From Phoronis australis (lineage: Eukaryota; Animalia; Phoronida), in the NCBI GenBank assembly GCA_002633005.1, contig NMRA01000010.1, positions 1,990,516 through 2,054,515 on the forward strand: a stretch of DNA of 64,000 nucleotides, written 5' to 3'. The stretch's first letter is position 1, and each line of letters opens with the position of its first letter. This document shows, piece by piece, positions 59,801 through 64,000 of the stretch. The notes beneath the pieces are model-generated. The model was not told the origin of the DNA, did no database searches, and saw only the letters and a program-made list of their open reading frames with translations. Position numbers and translations under genes: made by a program.

Positions 59801-60998
59801 CTCCTCCATTTTGGTTAGTTGTAAATGTGTTCTTCACAATCGTGCTAGTTGGTTTACCAAGTTGAGACCATAAAATTGGATATTTACGTATAGTACACTT
59901 GAAACAAACAGAAATACTAAATCTTACAAAGTTACTCACACATGCACTCCTTCCTGAAACGTCGCTAGAGCCTTCGGTGTTTGATTTGAAAACATTTTGT
60001 GTTTAGTTGTCTTCAAGAATTTTTTTCAATTTTAAATGGAATTATAATTTTTGAATCTTTTGTCTCATGCATGTATAAAAGTCGGGCCTAATTCGTCCCA
60101 TAAGACTGCAACAAATTTGTCTTTAAAAAAAGATTAGAAATCATTTTGAGGCTTAATGACAACCTACACATCATTATTTGCGTCAGACTATGTCCTTTAA
60201 GATACTTGTCTAGGCAGCTACTTAGGAAGTATGGATGGAGGAGAAATTCCTGGTGATATATGAAACCCTTTTAAATTTAAACAAAGGGCACAAATGCGAT
60301 AACCTCGATGGAAGAGCAAATACTATGATGAAGAAAGTTGTTTTAACATTGCCTAGGGCATGTTTTATGGTACCTTGATGAATGTTTTTTTGTAGGATAT
60401 CCTGGCCATACAGAATGCACTGATTATGCGTGTTTGTTCCCATAACAACAAACACTGCTGGCCCCTGTTGGTTGATCCTGATAACCAGGTGGAATTGTGG
60501 GTAAAACTATTGCAGCAGAGCAAGAATGTGATTTCCATGGAGCCCAAGTCTCCCAGCACACCAAATTATGGAGAAGGTAAGCACAAAATGCAGTAGAAAT
60601 TAATGGCACTCTGCTTCTCCGTTAGAGCGGAAACTTTTGCTCAAGATGGATGTACAGATTATTTTTTCTAAAACTATTTTTCAGATGTTTAATAGGGAAC
60701 AAGTTCTGAACAATGCCTAAAATAATCCTCTACCAAAGAAATGGTAATCTGTTTGAATCAATGGAGTTCTTATTGCATAGATGTGAATATTCTCTTGATA
60801 ATTGCCATTTATGCTAAATCTGTTTCAAGCATCCACACTTCCCACCTCGCCACTCTTGGCACCGAGCCAGCCGTACGCCTTGTCAGTGGCTAGTTTTTAT
60901 GACTCCGACCTTCATGATGACGTTAGTGTGATCGATATCTCGGAAAGTAGGTCACAGACTGCAACTTCTTTTTTCACCGAGTCCAGACCAGCCACGAG
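2595..60998 (+). CDS. DNHD1: Partial multi-exon gene: divergent dynein heavy chain (dynein heavy chain domain-containing protein 1-like), 57 core exons, open at both ends
   Basis: Exons join in consistent phase with GT-AG boundaries, except across the N-gap. Dynein landmarks occur in canonical order: ARHW, MLSSPY, WLYL, FPRLFFLSDDEVV, YEHEYIG..RLITTPLTDR, GPSCTGKT, WGFFNE, GQPGSGKS, KWVVLDG, GQPGVGKT, FFLDDLNM, RLWCHECTRTFGDRL, NLHVIV, EIRTYREPP, GDCLLTAAAVTYYGP, WPLLVDPDNQ. Dynein identity is secure. The DNHD1 label is inferred from degenerate motifs and large insertions, with no alignment run. Confidence 0.8.
3538..3660 (+). CDS. Dynein HC exon (tail)
   Basis: tttccag|GAA...GAG|gtatgt; EMKDKKESIQHFATYAKQVHENRKNVVAYQQRVEYIKSLFE. 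Confidence 0.88.
4365..4526 (+). CDS. Dynein HC exon (tail)
   Basis: gttcag|GTG...CAG|gtatga; VIRMSYRQTSEEEENDESATQSMWELFQSQLQEA. Confidence 0.9.
6464..6628. mobile_element. Short palindromic MITE-like element
   Basis: About 50-bp inverted arms at 6489..6537 and 6552..6602 (gcaaacattttaagtctggtc...gaccagacttaaaaatgtttgc); TTAA near both ends. Confidence 0.6.
7043..7144 (+). CDS. Dynein HC exon (tail)
   Basis: tttcag|AAA...CTG|gtaggg; KLEKEAYQLCDHMTQGVYLDPTQKPSKLIASMKL. Confidence 0.88.
7264..7686 (-). mobile_element. Non-autonomous DNA transposon, TTAA-flanked (family A, inverted relative to 14388..14703)
   Basis: Reverse-complement similarity to 14388..14703 (gtattgaataggggtctgaatagaacac vs gtgttctattcagatccctattcaatac); ends ttaaag...ctttaa. 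Confidence 0.7.
7734..7931 (+). CDS. Dynein HC exon (tail/linker junction)
   Basis: atgcag|GTG...AAG|gtcagt; VQAQFSDVKRKLEEV...IRQELWKYVDVTENAIMEWKRLSFKK. Confidence 0.9.
8653..8823 (+). CDS. Dynein HC exon (DHC_N2 region)
   Basis: cctcag|ATC...AAG|gtaggg; INVQKILDKIMEW...FKQHLPMLHKLSHEALK. Confidence 0.92.
9337..9574 (+). CDS. Dynein HC exon (DHC_N2, RHW motif)
   Basis: caccag|GCT...G|gtgaga; ARHWRSIF...FTVDDLL...AKAEFALEKQLVKLRRMWEEKEF. Confidence 0.93.
10218..10378 (+). CDS. Dynein HC exon (linker, with insertion)
   Basis: ttgcag|GC...CAG|gtaggt; phase 1-0; ...DDDLYVLIGVEELKYLLQ. Confidence 0.9.
10697..10898. repeat. T/C low-complexity polypyrimidine tract
   Basis: About 200 bp of almost only T and C; source of the poly-Phe and poly-Lys ORFs. 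Confidence 0.95.
11692..11826 (+). CDS. Dynein HC exon (linker)
   Basis: gtacag|GAC...AAG|gtgtgt; DSQLTLKSMLSSPYLADLRSETEAWTDALRQIEEIIDLWSTCQTK. Confidence 0.93.
12346..12441 (+). CDS. Dynein HC exon (linker, WLYL)
   Basis: ttacag|TGG...AAG|gtaaat; WLYLLKVFEDAEIYRAMAKDCFTFIDVNEKLK. Confidence 0.93.
12874..13005 (+). CDS. Dynein HC exon (linker)
   Basis: aaacag|GAA...CAG|gtgggg; EVMAAVIKDPLITSVLQKRR...NLIKTQ. Confidence 0.9.
13475..13703 (+). CDS. Dynein HC exon (linker, FPR motif)
   Basis: cttcag|GAG...G|gtaatg; STRAEFPRLFFLSDDEVVKLLS...VRKCFHGIQSL. Confidence 0.94.
14388..14703 (+). mobile_element. Kolobok-like MITE (family A)
   Basis: Terminal inverted repeats ttaaagcctgtcttcaacgg / ccgttgaagttaggctttaa; TTAA flanks with AG...CT termini. 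Confidence 0.75.
15021..15035 (+). CDS. Candidate 15-nt microexon (ALDLN), phase 1-1
   Basis: ccccttacag|CGCTGGATTTGAACA|gtaagt; frame-preserving with no stop. Confidence 0.6.
15705..15878 (+). CDS. Dynein HC exon (linker)
   Basis: caacag|CA...G|gtaaga; HKLQVTALNGGHGEQVPL...WLSNLERLMKNTM. Confidence 0.92.
16373..16604 (+). CDS. Dynein HC exon (linker)
   Basis: tttcag|GC...AA|gtaagt; ...WLVRFPAQCVLVAEAILW. Confidence 0.92.
17075..17223 (+). CDS. Dynein HC exon (linker end)
   Basis: tttcag|G...T|gtaagg; ...LINQCVYHRDVVN (VHARDVV-like). Confidence 0.92.
17774..17965 (+). CDS. Dynein HC exon (pre-AAA1, start of Pro-rich insertion)
   Basis: ttgtag|CT...A|gtaagc; CYDWLKVLTYHVD...PPIPQAPATEKP. 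Confidence 0.9.
18121..18386 (+). CDS. Dynein HC exon (AAA1 Walker A)
   Basis: gtttag|GT...AAG|gtaaag; YEHEYIGPATRLITTPLTDR...GPSCTGKTATVSDLVK. Confidence 0.95.
18801..18933 (+). CDS. Dynein HC exon (AAA1 Walker B)
   Basis: ctgtag|GCT...G|gtctgt; ALGQQCFTINCSQEM...SGCWGFFNETDRM. Confidence 0.95.
19616..19728 (+). CDS. Dynein HC exon (AAA1)
   Basis: ctacag|GT...AAG|gtgagt; GLLSVVAQHLYFIQNSL. Confidence 0.93.
20304..20348 (+). CDS. Candidate 45-nt cassette exon (GVRDMFRKLSIALIK), phase 0-0
   Basis: gaacag|GGT...AAA|gtattt; open frame, weak donor. Confidence 0.3.
20435..20485 (+). CDS. Candidate 51-nt cassette exon (SVNVYYESQKLAAVPAE), phase 0-0
   Basis: T-tract aatag|TCC...GAA|gtaata; open frame. 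Confidence 0.4.
20518..20591. repeat. 10-bp tandem repeat (g[c/t]taagtgct) x about 7
   Basis: Direct reading. Confidence 0.9.
20792..20827 (+). CDS. Candidate 36-nt cassette exon (HGVRIFYDKPTK), phase 0-0
   Basis: tttttgcttggtatag|CAT...AAG|gtaaca; open frame, good donor. Confidence 0.45.
21906..22028 (+). CDS. Dynein HC exon (AAA1 insertion)
   Basis: tttcag|AAA...CAG|gtatgt; KTGDPLRVIRRNSLTTLHSMPAAEKAQPNLERQKTVPHGFQ. Confidence 0.85.
22262..22400 (+). CDS. Dynein HC exon (AAA1 insertion)
   Basis: tgctag|GAG...G|gtaagc; EKGLQTYFCDNWEPESRRRRHSISEEV...; needed for the phase 0 to 1 join. Confidence 0.88.
22866..23071 (+). CDS. Dynein HC exon (AAA1 sensor I)
   Basis: ttttag|AG...AGA|gtaggc; ...FDGQLLKARESYGCFMSLNTDNATYREIPETLR. 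Confidence 0.93.
23407..23623. repeat. 31-bp minisatellite x7 (tcaagggtctagcagtgtggcccagtgggac)
   Basis: Seven head-to-tail near-identical units with no spacers. Confidence 0.95.
23593..23684 (-). mobile_element. tRNA-derived SINE head
   Basis: Minus strand reads GGAGGCAGCATGGCCCAGAGTG (A-box-like)...GGGTTGGAGTCCC (B-box-like). Confidence 0.6.
24081..24218 (+). CDS. Dynein HC exon (AAA1)
   Basis: ttccag|CAT...CAG|gtaagt; HLMRPCAMVIPDVRPIVETSLYLNGFTKYKELSRKF. Confidence 0.94.
24554..24686 (+). CDS. Dynein HC exon (AAA1 small subdomain)
   Basis: tttcag|TTG...G|gttaga; LPEKYRVVFSVKTISVILSEYATQRL. Confidence 0.88.
25218..25752 (-). mobile_element. Family B MITE copy, inverted
   Basis: Reverse complement atatctgaaagtttcactgaatctgatcagc matches gtatctgaaagtttcgtcaatctggtcagc near 63130; degenerate terminal repeats. 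Confidence 0.55.
26164..26393 (+). CDS. Dynein HC exon (AAA1 lid)
   Basis: tactag|AT...AAA|gtaagg; EDMCLVHALHKALL...TFRNLVRDCFP. Confidence 0.93.
27034..27225 (+). CDS. Dynein HC exon (AAA2 Walker A)
   Basis: cttcag|ATC...GCC|gtaagt; ILQLYTALQSRPGVVLIGQPGSGKST. Confidence 0.95.
27263..27640. mobile_element. Kolobok-like MITE with about 65-bp terminal inverted repeats
   Basis: ttaaggttatctatgaccttaataaatgacctcaactctaagtca... / ...tgacttagagttgaggtcatttattaaggtcctagataaccttaa; TTAA flanks with GG...CC termini. Confidence 0.85.
27882..27896 (+). CDS. Candidate 15-nt microexon (VDVQQ), phase 0-0
   Basis: Very long pyrimidine tract, then tttgccag|GTTGATGTTCAACAG|gtaatg. Confidence 0.65.
28536..28571 (+). 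CDS. Candidate 36-nt cassette exon (NGKRTVVSDLEK); alternative in-frame donor after 28592 gives 57 nt
   Basis: ttctgtacag|AAT...AAG|gtttcc or ...TGG|gtaagc; both phase 0-0 and open. Confidence 0.4.
29512..29529 (+). CDS. Candidate 18-nt microexon (EDEDEE), phase 0-0
   Basis: aaacag|GAGGACGAGGACGAGGAG|gtaact; purine-rich island in AT-rich intron. Confidence 0.65.
30856..31114. mobile_element. MITE-like element (family C); related copy at about 19870..20138
   Basis: Imperfect terminal inverted repeats cctgaagtttgtttcatgaaactgacttaagaca / tgtcttaagtc...ttcatgaaacagaccccagg. Confidence 0.55.
31325..31395 (+). repeat. Dispersed repeat fragment, second copy at about 43900..43965
   Basis: agttttctccactgaataacaggcatca shared verbatim. 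Confidence 0.7.
32366..32551 (+). CDS. Dynein HC exon (AAA2); alternative in-frame acceptor at 32375
   Basis: ctccgtag|CTCTTGCAG|GGT...GAG|gtataa; ...YPKVEVLTLNPTGRTPAE. Confidence 0.9.
32912..33182 (+). CDS. Dynein HC exon (AAA2 Walker B region)
   Basis: tttcag|TTG...G|gtaggt; LYGCFQDGRWNDGLL...KWVVLDGEMDASWVDGLNGLLD. Confidence 0.95.
33530..34109. other. Assembly gap (580 N)
   Basis: Run of N, followed directly by a (CA)n microsatellite. Confidence 0.99.
34110..34133. repeat. (CA)n microsatellite at gap edge
   Basis: cacacaca... directly after the Ns. Confidence 0.9.
34270..34505 (+). CDS. Dynein HC exon (AAA2 small subdomain)
   Basis: ctctag|G CTT CAG ATG...G|gtaaaa; LQMLTDLVNDVCRPTLTFLRDEC. 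Confidence 0.88.
34687..35056. repeat. Foldback palindrome: 167-bp inverted arms, 36-bp spacer
   Basis: 34687..34853 is the reverse complement of 34890..35056 with about six mismatches by eye; arms built from ACGGACTCA/AAACACG-like subrepeats. Confidence 0.95.
35494..35638 (+). CDS. Dynein HC exon (AAA2 lid)
   Basis: ttccag|AC...CG|gtatga; ...MFAFAYIWGFGGHLHER. Confidence 0.93.
35862..35985. repeat. Imperfect inverted repeat (about 44-bp arms)
   Basis: aactgccagcatgtttccacagctcca...tggagctgtcgaaacatgttgccagtt. Confidence 0.7.
36230..36365 (+). repeat. Dispersed repeat fragment, second copy at about 44370..44500
   Basis: Collinear similarity around ttttaagaatcaa...aatttca. Confidence 0.6.
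36458..36641 (+). CDS. Dynein HC exon (AAA2/AAA3 junction)
   Basis: gtttag|A...GAG|gtatgg; YSNRFDVFARETL...YDIWVD...FVKW...VVIPE. Confidence 0.93.
37112..37210 (+). CDS. Dynein HC exon (AAA3 Walker A)
   Basis: tcacag|ATG...AAG|gtaggt; MERYNYLCDILISSHSPVLLVGQPGVGKTSLVK. Confidence 0.95.
37461..37512. repeat. 13-bp tandem repeat (ttatgatgtgaaa) x4
   Basis: Direct reading. Confidence 0.85.
37798..38020 (+). CDS. Dynein HC exon (AAA3 Walker B)
   Basis: ccacag|AAC...G|gtaaga; ...RLLFFLDDLNMAGVDDMG. Confidence 0.95.
38140..38268 (-). mobile_element. tRNA-derived SINE head
   Basis: Minus strand reads GGAGGCAGTGTGACTCAGTGG (A box)...GTTCAAATCC (B box); same 5' start as the element ending at 23684; 3' boundary approximate. 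Confidence 0.6.
38903..39034 (+). CDS. Dynein HC exon (AAA3)
   Basis: ctatag|GA...G|gtgaga; NQPTLDVLREVISQGSVYDR...FIAACTTPG. Confidence 0.93.
39290..39774 (+). mobile_element. Family B MITE copy (left end approximate)
   Basis: gggtcacgtgactatgtctttttaagtaaaatttag and right end gggtcctacaaaaccttaa match 62763..63216. Confidence 0.65.
39795..39973 (+). CDS. Dynein HC exon (AAA3)
   Basis: ttctag|GC...AGG|gtaggt; MSSRITRLFTVLTMFPLSEDGVNGLY. Confidence 0.93.
40857..41076 (+). CDS. Dynein HC exon (AAA3 small subdomain plus basic insertion)
   Basis: ccccag|GCC...A|gtaagt; LRPTPSHSHYLFSYHDISKVIQGLL. Confidence 0.94.
41678..41710 (+). CDS. Candidate 33-nt cassette exon (RLSRDRDESTL), phase 1-1
   Basis: ctctctgcttaacag|GATTGTCC...CTTG|gtaacc; open frame. 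Confidence 0.65.
42857..43033 (+). CDS. Dynein HC exon (AAA3 lid)
   Basis: tttcag|AG...G|gttagt; ...ITRLWCHECTRTFGDRLTSAE. Confidence 0.94.
43628..43743 (+). CDS. Dynein HC exon
   Basis: tttcag|AC...TTG|gtgagt; DVLWFEKTLTDTVVKYL. Confidence 0.92.
44556..44796 (+). CDS. Dynein HC exon (S/T/P-rich insertion)
   Basis: tctcag|GAT...G|gtatgg; DGQGTPVYRGTPPPKTVPSLSTVAPSEDSEK. Confidence 0.88.
45424..45681 (+). CDS. Dynein HC exon (S/E-rich insertion)
   Basis: gtttag|GT...A|gtaagg; ...ESENETESGDSETESSSTEEASASEVSSEES; phase 1-1. Confidence 0.85.
46824..46955 (+). CDS. Dynein HC exon (insertion, symmetric phase 1-1)
   Basis: taccag|CC...G|gtaaac; SQLPSVPKADTVLQYLSRLPDPTSYTDVFTASTPTSVVSFSLT. Confidence 0.7.
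47774..47824. repeat. 14-bp tandem repeat (actgtgccagttgg) x3.5
   Basis: Direct reading; precedes a segment ending in an (aata)n tail near 47990-48005, possibly a retroelement 3' end. Confidence 0.8.
48074..48252 (+). CDS. Dynein HC exon (insertion with RVxF-like motif)
   Basis: ccacag|AG...CAG|gtaggt; ...KKKSLLRRESKRAVTFKAG. Confidence 0.88.
49225..49318 (+). CDS. Dynein HC exon (copy 1 of a duplicated exon)
   Basis: ttgcag|ATA...G|gtaaaa; IKGPEEKLTDFLFSKFIISTHTESTGMEPEK. Confidence 0.88.
49809..49902 (+). other. Second copy of exon 49225..49318, probably an allelic haplotype duplicate
   Basis: Same peptide with one silent change (GGA/GGG); lies in a block repeated across a single N at 49649. 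Confidence 0.8.
50895..51037 (+). CDS. Dynein HC exon (start of AAA4)
   Basis: ttgcag|GT...CTG|gtaagt; ...YNQGTNQKVELVFFKEAVLHICRLTRVL. Confidence 0.94.
51165..51260 (+). CDS. Dynein HC exon (AAA4 degenerate P-loop)
   Basis: cggtag|GCT...AAG|gtaagg; ALPESHALLIGLSHSTGRATLARLAAYTASCK. Confidence 0.94.
51910..52081 (+). CDS. Dynein HC exon (AAA4)
   Basis: ttacag|TTA...G|gtaaca; LFEPK...AGINNRGTVLLIQQDM...LQDISCLIREG. Confidence 0.93.
52854..53021 (+). CDS. Dynein HC exon (AAA4)
   Basis: tgccag|GA...G|gtgaga; SCPSLYSMTEL...FTAKVKQNLHVIVNL. Confidence 0.94.
53486..53640 (+). CDS. Dynein HC exon (AAA4)
   Basis: ctgcag|GT...GGG|gtgagt; ...CPTFLTHMTCVDVYKEWTSDAFVTVAETWL. Confidence 0.94.
54134..54343 (+). 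CDS. Dynein HC exon (AAA4 small subdomain)
   Basis: ccacag|ATC...CAG|gtgggc; ...MSYIHKSA...FYTPLTYQEFVHMF. Confidence 0.93.
55056..55226 (+). CDS. Dynein HC exon (stalk CC1)
   Basis: ttctag|AAA...CAG|gtaatt; KTIERNQCALKRVDEAIEEVDKHKKYVASLMPRLE. Confidence 0.93.
55753..55848 (+). CDS. Dynein HC exon (stalk CC1)
   Basis: ctttag|GCC...AGG|gtgtgt; ALDDCREQELLISQKVAPVQQCRSEAKAEFNR. Confidence 0.92.
56255..56400 (+). CDS. Dynein HC exon (microtubule-binding domain)
   Basis: ttctag|ATC...GA|gtatgt; INPVYSAALAALRALSQHDVEEIRTYREPPQRVILVLQAVAMLFG. Confidence 0.95.
56433..57356. repeat. Tandem duplicate blocks 56433..56891 and 56893..57356 joined by one N
   Basis: Near-identical intronic sequence on either side of N at 56892. 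Confidence 0.9.
57699..57969 (+). CDS. Dynein HC exon (microtubule-binding domain and CC2)
   Basis: cttcag|C...AAG|gtagtc; WETSRSMI...YDKNNM...KASKAAASLSLWVHALYNY. Confidence 0.95.
58292..58414 (+). CDS. Dynein HC exon (stalk CC2)
   Basis: ttgcag|CAA...ATG|gtattg; QQIVLGQKRIEAGRVKRILQQNIDKHREAVREAKSLEKQIM. Confidence 0.92.
59125..59769 (+). CDS. Dynein HC exon (CC2 end, AAA4S/AAA5 junction with insertion)
   Basis: ttgcag|AAC...CAA|gtaagt; RW...LPGDCLLTAAAVTYYGPL...FSLEEVLSSFDELSEW. Confidence 0.95.
60396..60576 (+). CDS. Dynein HC exon (start of AAA5)
   Basis: ttgtag|GAT...G|gtaagc; DILAIQNALIM...CWPLLVDPDNQVELWVK. Confidence 0.94.
60830..60998 (+). CDS. Dynein HC exon (S/T-rich AAA5 insertion)
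   Basis: ttcaag|CA...AG|gtaaag; STLPTSPLLAPSQPYALSVASFYDSD...SRPATR; weaker AAG acceptor. Confidence 0.75.
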
Positions 60999-61730
60999 GT
61001 AAAGTTGTAAACCTATTTGAACACTTCATTTTGTTATGCAATAACAAGTTTTATGTACAATTATCAGCGTTCTCCAGAAGATGTGAATTTGACTGAAAAT
61101 AAAGTTCATGTATTTGTTCGAAAGTCCATGAACATACTGTGGGGGAATTTGTTAAGTCTTGAAACAAATGCATTGAACTTGTACAAAAAATCCAAAATAT
61201 CCTAATTTTCCTAAGAAATGACTACGGTAATCTCCCAATACTTCAAACTCGTGTGTGTTTTCAACCTTATCGCAAGTGAGCCAAACTCAGCAAGGAAAAG
61301 TTCAAAACTCCATGACTTGTTGAGAGTGGCGAGTCAGAACAGGCTGTGAACACTGATTGTTGTTTATTCTTATCCTGATCTCATTTAGGTTACTTTTTAA
61401 CTCTTGTTATTGAATCCAGCTTGACTGGTAGTTCTTTTTTAGCTTTGGGTGAAAATTTACTCAATCTGCAAACTGTGCTTCTCCACGTTTGAAAGAAGTA
61501 ATGAGAATTTACTGCCATTTGCCAAGAGACAACAAATACCATTTACTATAGCTGCCACAAGAGCATTTCATTAGTTTCAAAACTGATTTTGTTCTAATAT
61601 CATTTCAGCTGTAAGCTACTTCCTTGCCAGAATTTCGTCTGGTAAATGTTCCATTTTTTGTCTCTATTTCTCTTCCCTCATTATAAGTTTTCATATGTCA
61701 TCTTGTCTCATTAGATTTTGTGGCTTTCAG

Positions 61731-61760
61731 AACTAAAAGGAATCAGTTTTTAAAACCAAC
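61731..61760 (+). CDS. Candidate 30-nt cassette exon (RTKRNQFLKP), phase 2-2
   Basis: ctttcag|AACTAAAAGG...CCAAC|gtaagt; matches the phase-2 end of the previous exon, open frame. Confidence 0.5.
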
Positions 61761-62762
61761 GTAAGTATGAAATTGACTCGCGACACTTCCAACATCTTTT
61801 GTTTCCTTCCCTGACTGATGCCTTTCACCGTCTGTTCACAATCCCGAATAACACCAAAACTAAGATACGAATTTCTCCTCCCTTAACTAATTAAAAGCCA
61901 ATGAATTCTAATAAATAAAATTTAAATTTTGTTTCATAACTTCGGACTGCAGATCTTACCACGTATTTGGCAATATTTTATGTAGATTGCTATGTATTTA
62001 TTATTTCAAACATTGATTTATGATTAGTGAATAACTGCTAAACTGTAAGTTCCTTTATCTTTTGCTAGAAAATAGCCATGATTGCTTTTTTGTTGAAAAT
62101 AAAAATATTGCGTTTTGTAATATTTTAATTAGATTCTATTAAATAATTAAAATTGTTCATAGAGATTAAAATTTATTGAAGGAAATCTGTTTGTCTTCGT
62201 CCATCCTACACTGCTATGAGTTTGGGTGACCTTTCTCTCTACTGTGGGAAGGCGTCGAGGCAAGAATTATTCTTACGCTTTCTCGTTGGTTGTAGCCAGA
62301 GTTTAGTTGTGTTGAGCATCAGACTGAATTTGTCATGAAGGATTTACATACATTGTGCAGTTGCGTTATTTTAAGTTGTGTTCATTTTTTGTTGTCTAAT
62401 TGTTGATTGCAGTGGCTTGAACTGTCAATGTGTGCAATATTTGCATACTTCAAGAATCCTGAAAAGACGGAGCTTTCTTTTGTATTAGTTCCTAGATGAT
62501 GAGATCTTTTCAGTGGTGACAATGTTGCTAAATTAGAACTACATGGTGTTGATTCATTTCACCCTTGTAATATTTAACTCTAAACTTGAATTGATTTGCA
62601 CTGAATTTAAATTGTTTTCCCGTTTTTCAAATGTTCACTACGTTGTTACAGTCACTCAAATTTTTACGAAAATGTTCGTGAGTGTTAATTGTGGAGTACA
62701 AACCATTATTAACATCGGAGTTAAGGTTATGTAAGGCCATATTAACATGAATTACATCAGAG

Positions 62763-63216
62763 TTAAGGTTATGTAAGACCATATTAACATGATTGTGTAT
62801 TCAGCTAAATAGCTACAAATTAAACTGAGATTAGTCAGTAAAAGTAGGCATTTTCTGAAAGTGGAAAGCCTGCAGGATTTGAGTCGTTGACTTTTTAACA
62901 ATTTGTAATTAATTGGGTCACGTGACCATGTCTTTTTGGTAAAATTTAGTTAAGGCGAAATTTGCACATGTTGATTGGTGTGTTTTAAAACTGTTTCAGT
63001 TTTTAAAATTGTAATGAAATACTTATTTTGTTCTTATTTAAGATAACTTTTGATATTTTTTCATTGTAATCATAGAAGTCCCATTTTTGATAGCCCCCTT
63101 GTGGACAACACTGCGTAAACTATAATAGTATCTGAAAGTTTCGTCAATCTGGTCAGCTTTGTATGTTTTGAAGCTAGCCAAATTTGGTCAGTTTTCTAGG
63201 GTCCTAAATAACCTTA
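62763..63216 (+). mobile_element. Kolobok-like MITE (family B)
   Basis: Ends ttaaggttatgtaagacc / gggtcctaaaataaccttaa; internal gggtcacgtgaccatgtcttttt shared with the copy near 39376; left end duplicated 42 bp upstream. Confidence 0.7.
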
Positions 63217-64000
63217 AAACTTACCGTAATTCTTGTTTTTGATGATAAATTTGACAAAAATGAAATTCACCTGTTGTTCTTTGTCTACCTGGTGAATGCC
63301 AGGCTGAGTAATTTATTATTCAATAGTCTTGTGCTTGCTTGCAACAGTCATTTTTGTAGCTGTAGAGGGTATCTTATGTTAAGACTTCAGAAAGGTTTGT
63401 ACTGCTATTGATCCAGTGAAGTTGGACCATGTGCTTGTAGTCATGCCAAGTGAACTTGTGGTTTTGAGCTCTCAACTTATGGGAGAAATTTCTATAATGC
63501 CATCATAGTATTTTGCCTGCTTTGTAGGCTTCTGTGCATTAGAAGGTCAGTTTCAGTGGCTAAACATTTAAAATTTTGGTGCGTTTTGGTACCCGTGAGT
63601 TTTCTTAACATCTCGTATTAAGAACAGGGCTTTCAGATATGCTGCAAGTGTAATTTTTGTGATGGCCGCGTTGTATTTTGCTGGCTTTTGGTGTTGAGTA
63701 AGTTTTTCCTTAGTTATTGCTTTGAATCACATTAAAACATTTCTTTATAATTATTTATTCTGTATTTAAAAACCTGTGTGAAGTTAAAACTTCCTCTGAT
63801 TCAGTTTCAAACTCATTCTGCGCTAACCCAAATCTCTGTGATAATCTTTTTATTAAAGACAATTTGGTAGATTTCTTACCAGGTTTTTATTACAAAAGTC
63901 ACTTAAATATCTCTTCAACCATAACTCACCCATCTAAACACAAACACTCATAGCTCTAGATCACTTACAAAGGGCTTTCCTTATAGTGTTAACCTCCGCA

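Noticed and set aside
2595-60998. Pseudogene interpretation of the degenerate dynein
   Set aside because: About 3,400 codons over 57 exons have no stop or frameshift and intact splice sites; the only phase break coincides with the gap.

Overview
AT-rich animal (invertebrate bilaterian-type) genomic DNA. Nearly the whole window is the interior of one plus-strand, intron-rich gene for a divergent dynein heavy chain, most like the DNHD1 type. Reading GT-AG boundaries and codon phase by eye gives 57 core exons (2595..60998, about 3,400 codons). They run from the tail through the linker, AAA1-AAA4, stalk and microtubule-binding domain to the start of AAA5. Start and stop codons lie outside the window, and at least one AAA2 exon appears to be hidden in a 580-N gap. 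The motor sites are partly degenerate (AAA1 Walker B D>N, lost sensor-II arginines, broken AAA4 P-loop) while the stalk and microtubule-binding domain look intact. The protein carries several large low-complexity insertions with PKA-like and PP1-docking-like motifs. The introns inside those insertions hold about nine small, frame-preserving candidate cassette exons or microexons (15-57 nt) that the ORF track misses. Introns also contain TTAA-flanked (Kolobok-like) MITEs, tRNA-derived SINE heads, a foldback palindrome with 167-bp arms, minisatellites and two haplotype false duplications across single Ns. All coordinates and motif comparisons were made by eye; no search was run.
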